DNA of 44,977 bases from a virus. Taxonomy: Duplodnaviria; Heunggongvirae; Uroviricota; Caudoviricetes. Below are positions 26,380 to 36,948 of the stretch, piece by piece. The position numbers and the translations under genes were made by a program. The stretch lies in IMG/VR virus record IMGVR_UViG_2563366968_000003. One strand, written 5' to 3'. The notes beneath the pieces are model-generated. The model searched no databases. It was not told where the DNA came from and worked only from the letters and a program-made list of their open reading frames with translations. The first letter of the stretch is position 1; every line of letters starts with the position of its first letter.

Positions 26380-26550
26380 ATGTCAGAACGTAAAAACTCA
26401 AAATCACGCCGTAATTATCTCGTTAAATGTTCCTGCCCAAACTGCACCCAAGAGTCAGAACACAGTTTTTCAAGAGTACAAAAAGGTGCCCTTTTGATCT
26501 GCCCTCATTGCAACAAAGTATTCCAGACAAATCTTAAAGCTGTAGCCTGA
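26380..26550 (+). CDS. ynfU: Small zinc-ribbon protein (56 aa), YnfU-like
   Basis: MSERKNSKSRRNYLVKCSCPNCTQESEHSFSRVQKGALLICPHCNKVFQTNLKAVA has CxCxxC...CxxC. Confidence 0.5.
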   Translation: MSERKNSKSRRNYLVKCSCPNCTQESEHSFSRVQKGALLICPHCNKVFQTNLKAVA

Positions 26551-26610
26551 TTGATTTTATTAGTAACAAGTATTTTTTATATTTTAATAATATATTTAAA
26601 GCAGATAATA

Positions 26611-26632
26611 AAAAACCCGCCTGAGCGGGTTT
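26611..26632. terminator. Bidirectional hairpin terminator between the zinc-ribbon gene and cspB
   Basis: AACCCGC-CTGA-GCGGGTT with A/T runs on both sides. Confidence 0.5.
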
Positions 26633-26913
26633 GAGATTGTGGTGCTTTTTGTGGGAGTCATCCACTTACGCACTTTGTTTTGCCATGCCAGCAGTTAGCT
26701 TCTGCTGTAAAACTATTCATGCAGCAAACCTGCACTTCACCACAATGGTTAGCATACTTTTCCTGATTAAGATTTTGCCAAATATGCTAGCCATTGTTTC
26801 ATGTATTGGACCTCCTTACTTTTTATTAAAGAGATCCAATATTCACTACTCTGTCCGTATCTCTACTCAGGCATCAGCCTTCTTCGTTATCGTATACAGA
26901 CGAGCGATGAATT

Positions 26914-27129
26914 TTAATCAGTAATGATGACATTTGCTGCTGCAGGACCTTTAGCACCACTCTCTATAGAGAAGGTAACCTTTTGACCTTCAAATAAGGT
27001 TCGATAATTATCATTCTGAATCGCAGAAAAATGCACAAACACATCTTTACTACCATCAACAGGAGAAATAAAGCCGAAACCTTTATCAGCGTTAAACCAT
27101 TTTACTAAACCAGTCATTTTATTTGACAT
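26914..27129 (-). CDS. cspB: Cold shock protein CspB-like
   Basis: 71 aa [38 protein letters not shown]. Confidence 0.9.
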   Translation of the reverse strand: MSNKMTGLVKWFNADKGFGFISPVDGSKDVFVHFSAIQNDNYRTLFEGQKVTFSIESGAKGPAAANVIITD

Positions 27130-27429
27130 TCTACATTCCTTAACTTGAGCCTTTCGGCATAAATGGTTTGCATAACAGAAACGACTTCGTACTTAATTGG
27201 AGAGACTCAAAGAAGGAATAAGTGAATAACACCTGAAATGAGAACTGCTTTAGTAAACTACTTCGTATATCGTCTGTTCTTCAAACCGACGCAATCATTA
27301 ACGCATAGTTGAACATATGAAGCAATGTTTATTTTAGACATCCAGCCATCTTCAACCCCATCAAAAAACTATAGCTTTCTTCAGGAACGTGTGTATAGTG
27401 CGCCAAGTTATCAGTATTAAGGAATTTTT

Positions 27430-27642
27430 TTGTCCCGTAAAATGACAGGAATTGTCAAAACCTTTGACGGCAAAAGCGGCAAGGGTCTTATCACCCCATC
27501 CGATGGTCGTATCGATGTCCAGCTTCATGTTTCAGCGCTCAATCTCCGCGATGCAGAAGAAATTACCACCGGATTACGCGTGGAATTTTGCCGGATAAAT
27601 GGTCTGCGTGGCCCTTCAACTGCCAATGTTTACCTTTCATGA
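27430..27642 (+). CDS. cspF: Cold shock domain protein CspF-like (divergent CspA paralogue)
   Basis: 70 aa [39 protein letters not shown]. Confidence 0.85.
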   Translation: MSRKMTGIVKTFDGKSGKGLITPSDGRIDVQLHVSALNLRDAEEITTGLRVEFCRINGLRGPSTANVYLS

Positions 27643-27934
27643 GCTATATTAAAGCTTTAATTTCAGGCCCCATCGGATCACACATGGAGAGTTTTTATGA
27701 ATAACCCCGTCTGTCTTGATGACTGGTTGATTGGCTTTAAAAGCTTATGCTGTACTTTGGCCGTAATAGCTCTGCTAATAATATAATAAGCAGACTCATT
27801 GTGTTTAGGGACATTGTACTGGAAGAAAACATTTTAAACATCAGGCAAATAACCAAGTCACCAGCTAAATAATAAGTTAACAGACATGAGTCCCGGGATG
27901 AGATTCAACATTACCATTGCCCCATTTAAAGCAC

Positions 27935-27957
27935 AAAACCCGCTCATCAGCGGGTTT
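27935..27957. terminator. Hairpin terminator downstream of the Q gene; candidate tR' of the late operon
   Basis: AAACCCGC-TCATCA-GCGGGTTT with T-rich flanks, about 100 bp past the Q stop. Confidence 0.5.
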
Positions 27958-28063
27958 TCTACTTTTTCTTAACGTCGGGTATACAAAGCCCATCGTTGAA
28001 AAAATTTTATCCATATTTTTTGAAAAATGCAAACATCATGTCGCCATCTTCAGCAAAAATCAT

Positions 28064-28816
28064 TTATCTCGTCACCTTCCTCAATTGCGCTTCCGCGTAT
28101 GCTTCTTCCTGCCAGCACTTTGTTACCAGTTTACCAATGACGTCCGCATACCCCTTATACCACTGATAATCGGTCAGGTCTGGTACCAGCTTCTGGACAT
28201 GACGTCGTGCCAGCGTGGTCGGTAAACGACTAAACCGGTTTCCATTACAACGCCCACAAATCTTATATACCGGTACGCCATGAAACCGGGTTCTTTTTTC
28301 ATCCAGAACAATCCCTTTACCCTTACACCCTCTGCACGCTGTACTGGCTTCGCCCTTACCATGGCAATGCTGACATAGTTCCTTCACCCATTCTTCCTTG
28401 ATTACAGATTCCCCGCGTCTGTAGTGTTTCACCACTTCGCGCAATACATTATAAAATCCCGTACCTGAACAATGCTCACAGCGAGCCTTACTTGCCGCAG
28501 ACCTGGAGTAATCAGCAAAGGCAAAACTCACGAGGTAAGGAATAATCTGTAACCGGATTTCTTCACTCAATTTGTTCAATGTCGGGTTATCCAGTGCCAT
28601 CGCGTAATTTAGCAGGCCTTCAATCGCAAACTGAGGGTCCTGAACACCAACTTTTGCCAGAAATAAGGCCAACCCAAGTGGTGCTTTCGACTGCACCATC
28701 CCCTGCGCTGCCATTACATCCGTAATTGTTAAACAACCGGTGCCTGTCGCTGGAGCGTCATCGCTCAATTTTGGAGATTTTGGGGAGTAATATTTTGGTA
28801 AGGCTTCAAGGTTCAT
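28064..28816 (-). CDS. quuQ: Late gene antiterminator Q-like protein (start at MNLEALPKYY)
   Basis: 250 aa from the internal Met; multiple CxxC zinc-finger motifs (CEHCSGTG, CQHCHGKG, CRGCKGKG, CGRCNG); located just before the late region. Confidence 0.8.
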   Translation of the reverse strand: MNLEALPKYYSPKSPKLSDDAPATGTGCLTITDVMAAQGMVQSKAPLGLALFLAKVGVQDPQFAIEGLLNYAMALDNPTLNKLSEEIRLQIIPYLVSFAFADYSRSAASKARCEHCSGTGFYNVLREVVKHYRRGESVIKEEWVKELCQHCHGKGEASTACRGCKGKGIVLDEKRTRFHGVPVYKICGRCNGNRFSRLPTTLARRHVQKLVPDLTDYQWYKGYADVIGKLVTKCWQEEAYAEAQLRKVTR

Positions 28817-28829
28817 GCTCGTTCTCCAC

Positions 28830-29918
28830 TTACGCCAGTACGCCAATTGCCAGCGCGCGATCGATAAAACGAAATATCAGCTCCAGTTGGGAGCCATACT
28901 TATCTTCAAATGCCACTGTATCCGTATGCAGCTCGTTGTGATGCTTTCTGCACAAAGGCAACACAAAGAGATCATGTGCTTTTGTTCCCATTCCGCCCTG
29001 CCCGTGACCAATCAGATGATGCGGATCGTCGGCTGGCATACCGCAGCAAGCACACGGCTGTGTCTTAACCCAACGTGTGTATTTCTCCTTAACCCAGCGG
29101 CGACGTTTAGGCAGCTTCATGAAAGATTCCGGAGACTCTGGATCAACGGTGATGCTTACCACCGTCTTTTCCTGTGGTGATTTTTGTTGCTGGTGGGCGT
29201 AAGGCAACGGTGCAAGATTTTTTGTGCGTTGTTTCAATATGCTGGTGGCGGTCTGCTCTCCCGGTACGATGTCGCTTTCGCGGTACACCGAGCAGATTTT
29301 TTCCGCTGGTAATCCCAGCGAACGACGCGATACAGCCTCAGGTAGTGCATCCACCACCTGATTGCAGACCGCCCACCAGGATAATTCAGCCAAAGATAAT
29401 TCCCGCTCCTGCGTACCGCTTATTGCGTGACGGATGACGTCAATCACCCATGCTGTCAGATTTTGTTGAGCAAGCAGCTCCAGTGATTCCGATGTCTGCT
29501 CACGCAGTTGGTTGTCGCAGTGCCAGCACAACACCATTGCGCCGGTACCATAACGGTGAATGACTGTTTCAGTGTGATGGTAATCGCCATTAGGCCACTG
29601 GCAGGATGTAACATGACGTAATAGCCAGTCGGACAATGCGCCAACGCCGCCAGCAGCACGAATCACCCGTTCGTTACTAAAAAACGGCAGCAATGTTTTG
29701 TCTTCCGCCAGCGGCTGGCGAACGGCAGGAACGACTCCGGATGGCAGATTACGCATGCTTTTTGGTTCCGGTTCCACCAGCACTCGAGGATTATGAAATA
29801 TCTGTATGGATTCACGGCCCGGCTTAAGGACCACCAGCCCAAGCTCAGGCACCAGAACAGGTCTAAGTAATACCCGCACGTTACCTCCAGATCCGTTGCT
29901 GGAAAGTGCGGGACGCAC
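28830..29918 (-). CDS. ydfU: YdfU-like protein (DUF968 / zinc-binding); start uncertain
   Basis: 362-aa ORF with C-terminal Cys/His cluster CACCGMPADDPHHLIGH...CRKHHNELH. Confidence 0.6.
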   Translation of the reverse strand: MRPALSSNGSGGNVRVLLRPVLVPELGLVVLKPGRESIQIFHNPRVLVEPEPKSMRNLPSGVVPAVRQPLAEDKTLLPFFSNERVIRAAGGVGALSDWLLRHVTSCQWPNGDYHHTETVIHRYGTGAMVLCWHCDNQLREQTSESLELLAQQNLTAWVIDVIRHAISGTQERELSLAELSWWAVCNQVVDALPEAVSRRSLGLPAEKICSVYRESDIVPGEQTATSILKQRTKNLAPLPYAHQQQKSPQEKTVVSITVDPESPESFMKLPKRRRWVKEKYTRWVKTQPCACCGMPADDPHHLIGHGQGGMGTKAHDLFVLPLCRKHHNELHTDTVAFEDKYGSQLELIFRFIDRALAIGVLA

Positions 29919-30159
29919 GTGGTGGGCGTTCGGAATAAGGCAGCCTGACAGAGATTATCCAGTGCCGATAGTCGAGACTGAGAGCTTTCTTAACCTCGAA
30001 CCCGCGCCTGCGGTAAGAATGAATCAGCCATTCGGCCTGTTCTGCAGTGCATGGAGGGTGCTGGAACCATTCAGACTTGAATGCGTGAGAATACCGCCCG
30101 TGCGTGCAGGCAAGAACGGGCGAATTATCAGAATTGTAATATTTTGCGTTGCGTGCCAT
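29881..30159 (-). CDS. rem: Rem-like small protein of unknown function
   Basis: 92-aa ORF in the position of rem between ydfU and hokD. Confidence 0.5.
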   Translation of the reverse strand: MARNAKYYNSDNSPVLACTHGRYSHAFKSEWFQHPPCTAEQAEWLIHSYRRRGFEVKKALSLDYRHWIISVRLPYSERPPRASRTFQQRIWR

Positions 30160-30357
30160 CGGTTTTCTCCGGTGGCACGGTGTTACTCAGCGGGAGTTCA
30201 GCCCCGCGCAAGATTTTTGATTCTATTCCGGCACCGTCCAGAACTTCAAACGCGTTGAAAATAAAAACAAAAACCCGCCGAAGCGGGTTAAGTGCGGGTG
30301 CGTTGAGGATGCCTGCCACATCAGAGGTGGCGAGGGATTTCTCCCCCGCCGGGTCTC

Positions 30358-30513
30358 TTACTCCTCAGGTTCGTAAGCTGTGAAGACAGCGACCTCCGTC
30401 TGGCCGGTTCGGATTCGTACCTCGCAGAGGTCTTTCCTCGTTACCAGTGCCGTCACTATGACGGTTAAACAGATGACGATCAGGGCGATTAACATCGCCT
30501 TTTGCTGCTTCAT
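30358..30513 (-). CDS. hokD: Hok family type I toxin (51 aa); not in ORF track
   Basis: Manual translation MKQQKAMLIALIVICLTVIVTALVTRKDLCEVRIRTGQTEVAVFTAYEPEE. Confidence 0.85.
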   Translation of the reverse strand: MKQQKAMLIALIVICLTVIVTALVTRKDLCEVRIRTGQTEVAVFTAYEPEE

Positions 30514-30584
30514 AGCCTGCTTCTCCTGTCAACGCAAAGCAGAAGTGTCACCTTCGGTGCGAAACAGAGATGTCATGCTTTGGT

Positions 30585-30872
30585 TCAGAGAATGCGTTTG
30601 ACCGCCTCGCTATATACTTCCGAGCGTTCTCTTTTCCCAACAGAAATCACGAAAACGACAACTTTCTCGTCTATAACCTGGTATACAAGGCGATAGCCTG
30701 AAGACCGGAGCTTAATCTTGTAACAATCAGGCATACCACGGAGCTTGTTTGCTTCAATCCGGGGTGACTCAAGTACTTCAACCAGCTTCTTTTTCAACTG
30801 TTCACGTACCGTCGAGCCCAGCTTTCGCCATTCCTTTAGTGCCCGCTCGTCAAAATCCAGAAAATACGCCAT
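30585..30872 (-). CDS. relE: RelE mRNA interferase toxin
   Basis: 95 aa MAYFLDFDERALKEWRKLGSTVREQLKKKLVEVLESPRIEANKLRG. Confidence 0.9.
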   Translation of the reverse strand: MAYFLDFDERALKEWRKLGSTVREQLKKKLVEVLESPRIEANKLRGMPDCYKIKLRSSGYRLVYQVIDEKVVVFVISVGKRERSEVYSEAVKRIL

Positions 30873-31111
30873 CAGAGTTCATCCAGCGTCACACGTACTG
30901 GCTTAGGATTACGAAGCCGTTCTTTCACTATCTCCACAAGTTCAGCATCTTCATCACTCAGGAGTGTCTGTTTGAACGGCAAGCGTTCATTGTCAGCGAT
31001 ATACTCGAGCATGAGACGAAGCGCTTCAGAAGGAGTTACACCCATTTTTTCAAGCGCGGCGTAAGAACGCGCTTTAAGTTCATCGTCAATACGCAGGTTA
31101 ATGCTACCCAT
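30872..31111 (-). CDS. relB: RelB antitoxin
   Basis: 79 aa MGSINLRIDDELKARSYAALEKMGVTPSEALRLMLEYIADNERL; overlaps relE start. Confidence 0.9.
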   Translation of the reverse strand: MGSINLRIDDELKARSYAALEKMGVTPSEALRLMLEYIADNERLPFKQTLLSDEDAELVEIVKERLRNPKPVRVTLDEL

Positions 31112-31123
31112 GTCTTACACCTC

Positions 31124-31148
31124 TTGTAATTACAAATGTCATTACAAG
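31124..31148. promoter_or_regulatory. relBE operator: perfect palindrome TTGTAATTACAA plus adjacent half-site copy
   Basis: TTGTAATTACAA at 31124-31135 and TGTCATTACAAG at 31137-31148, immediately upstream of relB. Confidence 0.55.
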
Positions 31149-31441
31149 TATCGCACTACAACATGCTTAGGGCAAGTCACGAAGGAAGTCAGAAAGTAGT
31201 CGTAAGAACGGTGATCACTGTCCGCTTTGTGCCAGGAGCAGCCATTGCTAAGTCCATCCTGTATTGTGCAGGTCAGCTCGTTTTTAAAGAGTCCGGCCAT
31301 CATCTTACTGGTACAGACACCATATACTTTGTGACGGTCAGGCTACATATGCACAACTCAACTTATTCATCTATTTTTTGCTTTAGCATGTCAGTGTTGC
31401 TTTCTCGTCGGCGGGTGAGCGGTGACCTGACCTGTCGATAA
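31136..31441 (+). CDS. ydfV: YdfV-like hypothetical protein (weak call)
   Basis: 101-aa ORF in the position and with the length of K-12 ydfV; no recognisable motifs. Confidence 0.35.
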   Translation: MSLQVSHYNMLRASHEGSQKVVVRTVITVRFVPGAAIAKSILYCAGQLVFKESGHHLTGTDTIYFVTVRLHMHNSTYSSIFCFSMSVLLSRRRVSGDLTCR

Positions 31442-31593
31442 AGGAACGTAACACGTTTTATGCAACACCCGCATGCGGCAGAAAATTATTGCCGAACGTT
31501 TACCCCTGTCAACAAGCTTTACTTTCTGAGGCGCGCCAGCCCGCGAGGAAAACAATCTGAACATCAAACAATTAATGACACAAGAAATACGAT

Positions 31594-31620
31594 TAAAGAT
31601 TTTTTTGTGCATGCCGATAG
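31594..31620 (+). promoter_or_regulatory. Sigma-28 (FliA)-type promoter upstream of flxA
   Basis: TAAAGATTT-N11-GCCGATAG resembles the sigma-28 consensus TAAAGTTT-N11-GCCGATAA; 24 nt upstream of flxA. Confidence 0.45.
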
Positions 31621-31643
31621 TGCTTTTTTAAAAGGAGAAATCT

Positions 31644-31976
31644 ATGTCTGTCACAATTCAGGGAAATACCTCAACCGTTATTTCAAACAACTCCGCCCCG
31701 GAAGGAACATCAGAAATAGCCAAAATCACAAGACAAATTCAGGTGCTGACTGAAAAGCTTGGGAAAATCTCATCGGAAGAGGGGATGACGACACAGCAGA
31801 AAAAAGAAATGGCTGCATTGGTACAGAAGCAAATTGAAAGCCTCTGGGCTCAACTGGAGCAGTTGTTAAGGCAGCAGGCAGAGAAAAAGAATGAAGACGC
31901 GACAGTTCAGCCTGATAAAAAAGAAGAGAAAAAAGACGATACAAATACCGCTGGCACCATTGATATTTACGTCTAA
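31644..31976 (+). CDS. flxA: FlxA-like protein
   Basis: 110 aa MSVTIQGNTSTVISNNSAPEGTSEIAKITRQIQVLTEKL; AAGGAG ribosome-binding site. Confidence 0.85.
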   Translation: MSVTIQGNTSTVISNNSAPEGTSEIAKITRQIQVLTEKLGKISSEEGMTTQQKKEMAALVQKQIESLWAQLEQLLRQQAEKKNEDATVQPDKKEEKKDDTNTAGTIDIYV

Positions 31977-31990
31977 GTGACAGCCGTATT

Positions 31991-32016
31991 GTGGCCCTCA
32001 TCGGGCCACTTTTCGC
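31991..32016 (+). terminator. Rho-independent terminator after flxA
   Basis: GTGGCCC-TCATC-GGGCCAC followed by TTTTCGCC. Confidence 0.5.
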
Positions 32017-32412
32017 CATCAGCCTTTTCTTTAAAGACATATTATCTTTGTATCATTTCTGATAGTTAACATTACAAGATATAAGTAATGGACGCACTCC
32101 CAATTAGTCTATTTAAATCGCCACGAGTTTAACTGACAACCCATGATCAATTATGAATTGCAACTATTTCTGTAGTCACTTTTGTGGGGACAGTCCACAA
32201 AACTGCCAACTTCCGCTTCTTGCTCTTAGCGGACATTAGCATAGGCTATTTACCATAACGCCTCATTACGCGCACCGCCCAGACTGACTCAGCGCGTTTC
32301 TGGCATATCCCCGGTAAAACAAGTAACAAACCACCCGAAAATGAACACCAGAAACGCGACTTAAGAATCTACCCTATGAATGGATATGCACTCAACCGAA
32401 TCGATCTTGGTT

Positions 32413-33726
32413 TCAATCTTTTTTATCGGGATCAGGCTTCTTTTTAGGTAACTTCGGGGGCTTAACTTGCTGATGACTTTGCGTTCGGCGCGTAAGCCAG
32501 GGATGGTCAGCTTTAGGTTTAACATAGTATTTTGAGCGTAAATCAATACGGGCATTATCCACTCGTTCATGGACACTCTTTTCATCATCCAGTGGTATAG
32601 GCTCCGGGCCATCAACATACTTTTCCCAGCCCAGCGCTTTCCCGTCATACAGAACGTTAATTTCACCGTCAAAGTTCTCGCATACAGTAACAACCGAATG
32701 CCTAAGTCGATATCCCCGGCCCTCACTGCGTACCTGAAACGCACTGCTTTTGTACTGGAAAGTGAGATTTTTAGACAGAACGCGCTTCGCCTGTAGGCTG
32801 AAGATATAACCCAGTTCCTCTTCAGAATGGTGCACATCAAGATGAGCATTATCAGTAGTACGAGGCGACGTAGCGAACCGGTTGTTATAGGCTTCAATAA
32901 AGGTCGGCAACCATGCATTTGCTGTTTCAATATCACTGATATTCTGAAGCCGCATTTCTTTGACCAGCCTGTCCTGTAGTGTCTGATTGGCGCGCTCTAC
33001 CCGCCCTTTTGCCTGCGGGCTGTTGGCATGGATTGGCTCGATGCCCAGTGTCTTTATCGCACGAGTGAACTGGGTCAGCTCACCTTCCCGCTCTGGGTTA
33101 TTTACCCTGAATATACTGTGTCTATCAGAGTAGAGAGCGAGCGGTACGCCATGATCATTAAGGTAACCCCGGAGGGTTTCCATGTAAGCCCGAGTTGTTT
33201 CAGCAGGCACAAAACGCAACGCCATCAACGCACTGGTGGCATCATCAATGAAAACGATCAGTGTACATCTGGGGCCTCGATTTTCAAACCAGTCATGAGG
33301 TGAGCCATCAATCTGGATCAGTTCACCGTAAGATGGTCGTCGCATGCGGCGTTGATATATACGGGCAATTTTACGACGGCGTTCACGCCATAACCCCTCT
33401 TCTATCATCCACTTTCTGAGAGTTTCAACGGATAAAGATAAACCGTGTATCTCGCGCAATTTTTCGCACGCAAACGTAGGTCCAAAATCAGCGTAACGGC
33501 CTTTGAGGAGTGAAATTACTGTTGCTCTGAATTCAGTAGAAAAGGAATTATTAGGACGCTTTCCACGTCGGTGGGAAACCAGACCAGAAGGCCCTTCATT
33601 TCTATACCGTTGCACCAGACGTTTAACCTGCCGAATAGAAATGCCAATGCGTGCCGCAGCTTGTTCCTGAATAATCTGAAGTCGGTGGAGTTCCTTATGA
33701 CTCATCGTAACAGTCTCTTTGATCAT
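32413..33726 (-). CDS. DDE transposase/integrase of the rve superfamily with N-terminal helix-turn-helix (IS481/ISNCY-like); element boundaries not resolved
   Basis: 437 aa; DDE residues in IQIDGSPHD, LALYSDRHSIF and KGRVERANQTLQDRL; N-terminal HTH region. Confidence 0.7.
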   Translation of the reverse strand: MIKETVTMSHKELHRLQIIQEQAAARIGISIRQVKRLVQRYRNEGPSGLVSHRRGKRPNNSFSTEFRATVISLLKGRYADFGPTFACEKLREIHGLSLSVETLRKWMIEEGLWRERRRKIARIYQRRMRRPSYGELIQIDGSPHDWFENRGPRCTLIVFIDDATSALMALRFVPAETTRAYMETLRGYLNDHGVPLALYSDRHSIFRVNNPEREGELTQFTRAIKTLGIEPIHANSPQAKGRVERANQTLQDRLVKEMRLQNISDIETANAWLPTFIEAYNNRFATSPRTTDNAHLDVHHSEEELGYIFSLQAKRVLSKNLTFQYKSSAFQVRSEGRGYRLRHSVVTVCENFDGEINVLYDGKALGWEKYVDGPEPIPLDDEKSVHERVDNARIDLRSKYYVKPKADHPWLTRRTQSHQQVKPPKLPKKKPDPDKKD

Positions 33727-34060
33727 GAAAAATCCCCCAGAGAATTGTCTGGGGACATTTTAGAATGGTTCAAAGGGGACATTACAGCTTGGTGTTAACA
33801 ATAGCCTGCTTCTCCGTGCCTTTCGGCACGTAAGAGGCTAACCTACATGTGTCTAGCATGAAATTGGCCTCAGATTAATGTTAAGCGTCTTGCAGGACGC
33901 GTAATGTTAACTGGGGCTTTTCTCTATCTGCCGTTGGTGTCCATGCCCGAGGCAGATAGCCTCAAGCACCCGCAGTCATTCTACTTAACTAAGATTTCCC
34001 CGCAAACCGTTTTTGTCCAGCACAGTAAATATCCAACTAAACCAATGGAGTTCGCTGTAT

Positions 34061-34240
34061 TTACCGCCAGTATTCAATGCACATGACCGCCATGAACACC
34101 CCTAAAAAAAGGGCATTTATATATCCAAATATTAATATCAAAACATCAACTTTTTCCATATACCTTGCTGTGAAGATGATGGGCATACATGATGCGAACA
34201 ACCAGAACGCAACAAACAAAAACTGCAATGCGTTTTTCAT
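34061..34240 (-). CDS. Unannotated small two-helix membrane protein (59 aa)
   Basis: AGGAGG 4 nt upstream of ATG; MKNALQFLFVAFWLFASCMPIIFTARYMEKVDVLILIFGYINALFLGVFMAVMCIEYWR. Confidence 0.45.
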   Translation of the reverse strand: MKNALQFLFVAFWLFASCMPIIFTARYMEKVDVLILIFGYINALFLGVFMAVMCIEYWR

Positions 34241-34351
34241 TATTCCTCCTACAATCAATGTGCAATTACATTTAAACACACCTCAATTTGGCCGGACATA
34301 TAAATATCTAAACCAGAAAAAATCACTTACATAGCGTTACAAACTCTTTAG

Positions 34352-35546
<1,195 letters not shown>

Positions 35547-36591
35547 TTAGTCTAAAGGTTCATCGTAAAACATTCCCCATACTTATCAGTCCGTTCCGCG
35601 CCAGGTAGCTCATTGCCTTATCTGGCAACCTGTAATCAGGTTTCCGCTTTTTCAGTTGGCTGGTCGTTTAACCGACATAGTTAATCCATTAATCTAGTTG
35701 CCGGATGTTGGTGGATTTTCGCGTTTTAGTTGTTCATAAAAGTGCACAGCTTTAACCAGTTCTTCTGATGTAACTGGGACTGGTGAGGCAGTGAATAAGG
35801 CCTGAATTTGATAGTTCGGCCTGTCGTTACAATCCTCTTTTTTCGGTACATATTTCCAGTCACCAGACCACTACTTCCCCTGAAAGTCCGTAACGCCTTT
35901 TTTCACGTAGCGATATCGCCATGCCACTGGTTTTGCTTGCCCCGCCGTTTCATGCCCTTCCTGATAATTAATCTCGCTCATTCATCGCCCCACTCATCAC
36001 AATATGCTTCGACCGGAGTTTTTCCCGCTTCATAGTCATCACGCTAGGATTCGACATCAGCAGCACTTCCACCGCGTAACTCACCATAGTCCATTAATAG
36101 TTCATCCCGCTCTTCAAAACTGATGTTATATTTAGCTGAACAAAAATCAGCCACTTTGTTCTTCCTCATCGTCTTTTATTTCGTGGTATGAGTAATTGCA
36201 GTAGTTAAAGAAAATTTCTTATGCTCCGTCATGAATTTCCTCAGGTGTTGCGTCATCGTCCACTTCGAATACATCCTCAAAATCTCCACCAGCTATTCCC
36301 GTTTCAATAATAATTTTGAACTTTCGCATTTCACTACCGCCCTTTCGGGCGGCCTCCTGATGTTCTGAGGGTGCAGAAATCCATCCGGTTAAGGATTAAA
36401 TTTTATTTACAGAACTGAATTTAATTATTCAGATATACGTATCTGTAGCCTTACGAATCTACTCACTGGATGCCTCTTTCATAAAAATAATCCAGTGGGT
36501 TTTATCGTTTTTTCCCTGTTCGTTGACAGATAACAGGTTTTCTGTCTGTCAGTGCCAGAATCTGGCTTACCGGTATTTGCGTTTCATTCCA

Positions 36592-36948
36592 TTAAAAAAT
36601 CAGAACGCCGTGCGGCCTCAACACCCGAAAGGCTTCTTTAAATCTCTGTCGCGAATCATCACGCCAGGCATCTTTATTCAGCCGTCCATATTTCTTTCCC
36701 ATCCAGGCGTTATCACCAACACTCTCAAGATGCGGAGGGTCTAATACAACCATCGAAAAAGATGCGTCTGCAAATGATAATGCACGAAAATCTGCGATAA
36801 TGTCAGGGCTGATAATCAAGCGTCTCCCATTGCGTAATGTGTATCCTTCTTTTCTGATATCGCTGAATATCGCCCGTTCGTCAGACTTATCGAACCAGAA
36901 CATGCGGCTGCCACAGCACATATCAAGAATGGTTGCCGGTGCACTCAC
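36592..36948 (-). pseudogene. SAM-dependent (probably DNA N6-adenine) methyltransferase, N-terminal 118-aa fragment
   Basis: Motif I-like DMCCGSRMF and motif IV-like DPPH; ORF ends without the expected C-terminal part and is followed by ORF-free DNA. Confidence 0.5.

Noticed and set aside
26631-26924. 97-aa plus-strand ORF upstream of cspB
   Set aside because: Overlaps the cspB leader and 3' end on the opposite strand; hydrophobic low-complexity translation; no start context
30380-30601. 73-aa plus-strand ORF
   Set aside because: Antisense to hokD, whose 51-aa product is unambiguous; at most this region would encode a Sok-type antisense RNA, which I could not define
32361-32936. 191-aa ORF overlapping the transposase gene on the same strand
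   Set aside because: Alternative frame within the 437-aa transposase ORF; no independent evidence
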